A DNA stretch of 61,692 nucleotides, the filler included, from Actinomycetota bacterium (lineage in GTDB: Bacteria; Actinomycetota; Acidimicrobiia; IMCC26256; VFJJ01), in NCBI GenBank assembly GCA_009886115.1. It is 5 parts of 5 records of this genome, joined end to end, with 100 filler letters (N's around TTAATTAATTAA, not from the genome) between each part and the next. Parts side by side here need not be neighbours in the genome. Positions count along the whole stretch, not along the records: positions 55,428 to 61,692 come from VFJJ01000101.1; 4 more parts are not named here. One strand, given 5' to 3'. The stretch's first letter is position 1; every line of letters starts with the position of its first letter. The notes under the pieces are model-generated. The model had not been told where the DNA came from and ran no database searches. It saw only the letters and a program-made list of their open reading frames with translations. Position numbers and translations under genes: made by a program. Shown here piece by piece: positions 58,638 through 61,692 of the stretch.

Positions 58638-59522
58638 CTACGAGGAACCCATGGAGCCGACGACGTCGCCCAGCCGCTGCCACGATTCGGGACCGAGCTG
58701 GTGCGCGGTGGCGAAGACCATCTCGTCGATACCGGAATCCTCGAAACGCTTGATGGCGTCGGTGATGGCGGTCGCGGAGGTGAGCGCGGTAGGTCCGAGG
58801 GCATTCCTCTCGAGCTCGGCCTCGTAGCCGTAGTAGGCCCGCATGCCCGCCTCGTAGACCCCACGAGCATCGGGGCCGAGAGCGAAGTAGGTGCTGGCGA
58901 TGATCCGAGGCTTGCCGGCCCGCCCTGCCCGATCCCACGAGCGCTGCACCACGGCGATGCGTTCCTGGTGGATCGCGACATCGGGCGCGAAGTCGAAGCT
59001 CCGGAGGCCGTCGGCCAGCCGACCCGCGCGTTCGAGGGCGACGTCGACGAACCCGCCGATGATGATTTCGGGCCCCCCCTGCTGGACGGGCGTCGGGCCG
59101 ACGGGCTCACATCCGGCCACCGGTTCCTCGCCCCGCCAGATGCGTTTCATGTACGCCAACTGCTCCTCGAAGCGCCGCCCGCGGGACTGCCATTCGTTGC
59201 TCGTGGCCACGAAGTCGGGCTCACGGGGTCCCACCCCCAGACCCAACACCAGACGGCCTTCCGAGAGCACGTCGAGCGTGGCGCACTCCTTGGCCAACAT
59301 GGCCGGTTCGTGGATGGGCAACACGAGCACTCCGGTGACCAGCTTCACGCGCTCGGTCATCCCGCCGAGCACGCACAGCGCGCCCATGGCGTCGTGGTTG
59401 TCGTAAGCGACACGTTCGCCGACGGTGACGCTGGCGAAGGGCCCGTCCTCGGCGGCGCGAGCGAAGCTCGCGAGCTCGCGCCGGCTGTACGAGCGCATCG
59501 GAAGTGAGACGCCGATGTCCAT
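58638..59522 (-). CDS. LLM class oxidoreductase (possibly F420-dependent)
   Basis: GERVAY, LAKECATLDVLSEGRLVLGLGVG and GPTPVQ motifs. Confidence 0.9.
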   Translation of the reverse strand: MDIGVSLPMRSYSRRELASFARAAEDGPFASVTVGERVAYDNHDAMGALCVLGGMTERVKLVTGVLVLPIHEPAMLAKECATLDVLSEGRLVLGLGVGPREPDFVATSNEWQSRGRRFEEQLAYMKRIWRGEEPVAGCEPVGPTPVQQGGPEIIIGGFVDVALERAGRLADGLRSFDFAPDVAIHQERIAVVQRSWDRAGRAGKPRIIASTYFALGPDARGVYEAGMRAYYGYEAELERNALGPTALTSATAITDAIKRFEDSGIDEMVFATAHQLGPESWQRLGDVVGSMGSS

Positions 59523-59603
59523 GAGGCCTCCGGTGATCGGGTGAGGGGGCAGCGCAGTCCAAGGTCAGATCAGGTCAGATGGCGGTGGGCACAGCGGGCG
59601 CCG

Positions 59604-60812
59604 TCACGCCACGGGGTCGAAGGTGACCGGCAGGGTGGCTGGGCCTCGCAGGATCGTGCCCGTGACAACGGCGGTCGGATCGTCGTCGAGCGCCAATCGG
59701 GGGAGCCGATCGAGCAGCGCGTCGAGGCCGACGGCGATCTCGGCCATCGCCAGGTGGTTGCCGACGCAGAAATGCGTTCCCAGCCCGAACGTGAGCGGGG
59801 CCGTGTCGTTGCGGCGCCTGGGATCGAGGCGATCGGGATCGGCGAACACCGAGGGATCGCGGTTGGCCGACATGATCGAGTAGATCATCCACGTCGACGG
59901 CTCCATGGCGATGCCGTTCCAGACGATGGCTCGATCGCTCGGCGTGTTCCGCGGGAGGTTGGCCACGGGCGCGTCCCAGCGCATGGCCTCCTCGATGATC
60001 GCGCTTCGGGTCTCGGGCCGGGTCAGGGCCAGCTCCATGAGCGCCGGCTGGGTGAACAGCGCGTGGAGGGTGACACCCAGACCCAGCAAGGTCGTGTCGG
60101 CGCCGGCAGGAAAGAGGTGTCGCACAAAGGCCTGGGTGTCCTCGTCGTCGAGATGCTCGCCTTCGAACTCGGTGGTGATGACGGCCGATATGAGATCGGT
60201 TCCCGGCCGGGCCCGACGCTCCTCGATGAGCGGCGTCACCATCTCGACGTACCGGGCCTTGGCTCGCATGGCCGCCTCGGCGTCGAAGTTCCAGCGGATG
60301 AGGTCGAGCGCCATTGTGGCCATGTCGGCGTCGTCGTGACCCGGCGGCAGCCCCAGCATGCGGGAGATCACCCGGAGCGGGAACCGCTTGGTGAAACCGC
60401 TCACCAGCTCGGCCCGTCCGAGCGGGGCCATCTCGTCGACGAGCTCGTGGGCCGCCTCGCGGATCAGCTCGAGGTACGTCGGGATGATCCGCCGGCGGAA
60501 CGGGGGCGACAGGATCGCTCGGCGCACCCGGTGCTCGCGTCCCTCGTATGTGGAGATGAACGGACCCAGGGCCATCCCCGACGACGACCGGTACCCATCG
60601 GCCGCCGGCAGGTTCTCGTCGTCCTTGAACGCCGCCGACACCAGCTCGTACGAGAGCATGAGCACCGCGGGCGAACCGAAGAGCTGCACCTGCCAGGCCG
60701 GGCTCTGGCGCCGCCACTCGGCGAGCTGCGCGTGCAGATCGACCTTGGCCCCGAGGCTCTCGTCGGTGAAGTCGAAGTCGGCGACCGGGATGACTCGGCT
60801 TGTCTCGGGCAC
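59604..60812 (-). CDS. Cytochrome P450
   Basis: AGADTT I-helix, EAMR (ExxR) and FGLGTHFCVG heme-ligand motif. Confidence 0.95.
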   Translation of the reverse strand: MPETSRVIPVADFDFTDESLGAKVDLHAQLAEWRRQSPAWQVQLFGSPAVLMLSYELVSAAFKDDENLPAADGYRSSSGMALGPFISTYEGREHRVRRAILSPPFRRRIIPTYLELIREAAHELVDEMAPLGRAELVSGFTKRFPLRVISRMLGLPPGHDDADMATMALDLIRWNFDAEAAMRAKARYVEMVTPLIEERRARPGTDLISAVITTEFEGEHLDDEDTQAFVRHLFPAGADTTLLGLGVTLHALFTQPALMELALTRPETRSAIIEEAMRWDAPVANLPRNTPSDRAIVWNGIAMEPSTWMIYSIMSANRDPSVFADPDRLDPRRRNDTAPLTFGLGTHFCVGNHLAMAEIAVGLDALLDRLPRLALDDDPTAVVTGTILRGPATLPVTFDPVA

Positions 60813-60862
60813 AGTTCGTCCTCCTGGACGTGAGGTGCAGCGCCGACGGGGAACAGCCGTCC

Positions 60863-61692
60863 TCAGCAGGCGGCGTCGCGCAGGCGGGTCGTGCGATGCA
60901 CCGGATCTTTGTCGACCTTGGGGATCACGTGCTCGCCGAACAACCGGATCATCTCCAGCGTGTCGGCGTGCGAGCCCGGGCCCGTTCCGATGACGAGCTG
61001 GTCGGCGCCGGCGGCCTCCCAGCGCAGCACCTGCGCCAGCGCATGATCGGGATCACCGATGATCATGCCCATCTCGTGGGCCATGGGGATGGCGTCGGGG
61101 GTCGTGACGGGAATGCGCTCGGGCCACGGGGGAATACCCTCGGGCCGGGGAAACGTGTCGTGGTAGCGGTACACGAGGCTCGTGTGCAGAGCCGCGTCGG
61201 GCTCGCAGGCCTGGGCGACGGCCCGGGCCGGGTCCTCGTCGAGGCACGCCATGGTCACCACGAGCACGTTGTCGTTCACGTACGCCCCGATGGGCTCGGC
61301 CGCGGCAATGCCTCGTTTGTATGCCTTGATCACGGGATCGAGCTCGGCGATGGCACCGACCGAGAAGCCCAGTACCCCCAAGCCTTTGCGGGCACACATC
61401 TCGTAGCTCGACGTGTTACCGGCGGCGTACCACATGGGGGGATGGGCGCCGCCATGGCACTTCGGGAGGATCTTCCGAGGCGGCAGCGACCAGTACTTGC
61501 CCTGATAACCCTGATACTCGTCCTGGAGCCACATCTTGGGAAACTCGGCGATGACGTCCTCCCATATCTCACGGGTGATCGTCGTGTCGGTGATTCCCTC
61601 GCGGTGCAAGAACCCCAAGATCTCGTGGCTCCCCGCTCCCCGACCCGTCCCGAACTCGAATCGCCTGTTCGAGAGGTGGTCGAGCATGGCGA
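60863..61692 (-). CDS. LLM class flavin-dependent oxidoreductase, 5' partial
   Basis: LDHLS..RFEFGTGRG, HPPMWYAAG and FGEHVIP motifs; runs off the window end. Confidence 0.9.
   Translation of the reverse strand, partial: AMLDHLSNRRFEFGTGRGAGSHEILGFLHREGITDTTITREIWEDVIAEFPKMWLQDEYQGYQGKYWSLPPRKILPKCHGGAHPPMWYAAGNTSSYEMCARKGLGVLGFSVGAIAELDPVIKAYKRGIAAAEPIGAYVNDNVLVVTMACLDEDPARAVAQACEPDAALHTSLVYRYHDTFPRPEGIPPWPERIPVTTPDAIPMAHEMGMIIGDPDHALAQVLRWEAAGADQLVIGTGPGSHADTLEMIRLFGEHVIPKVDKDPVHRTTRLRDAAC

Overview
High-GC actinobacterial DNA. The [14 protein letters not shown] repeats, the many LLM/SDR/acyl-CoA dehydrogenase genes and the tRNA-tuf order point to Acidimicrobiia (inference). The window is five contig pieces joined by artificial 100-bp N/TTAATTAATTAA linkers (9164-9263, 30313-30412, 41169-41268, 55328-55427), so gene order across linkers is meaningless. 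Piece A: Rrf2/TauE divergon, galK, lacZ-galT with decayed DeoR and ABC-ATPase remnants, and an APH/hypothetical pair. Piece B: coxD/coxE/xdhC-type genes, a BVMO, a fused E1 alpha-beta 2-oxoacid dehydrogenase, lipid catabolism genes, a highly structured ~650-bp intergenic region, and a nucleoside-type ABC/amidohydrolase operon. Piece C: tuf 5' end, tRNA-Met/Thr/Tyr, GNAT, a Tat-exported G8/beta-helix protein, htpX, acs, and a membrane-anchored Hsp70-like gene divergent from an IniB-like acidic repeat protein. Piece D: PASTA Ser/Thr kinase, OmpA-domain protein, SDRs, a PLOD-like oxygenase domain, desaturase, serS and a Zn peptidase. Piece E: LLM oxidoreductases, a truncated IclR, MFS and a P450. 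No CRISPR array, integrase or transposase was seen. The best candidates for something new are the Hsp70/IniB-like beta-solenoid pair, the structured RNA-like element at about 22.82-23.21 kb, a dispersed ~50-bp palindrome family and the TMEM2/CEMIP-like G8 protein. All calls come from reading motifs by eye; no searches were run.
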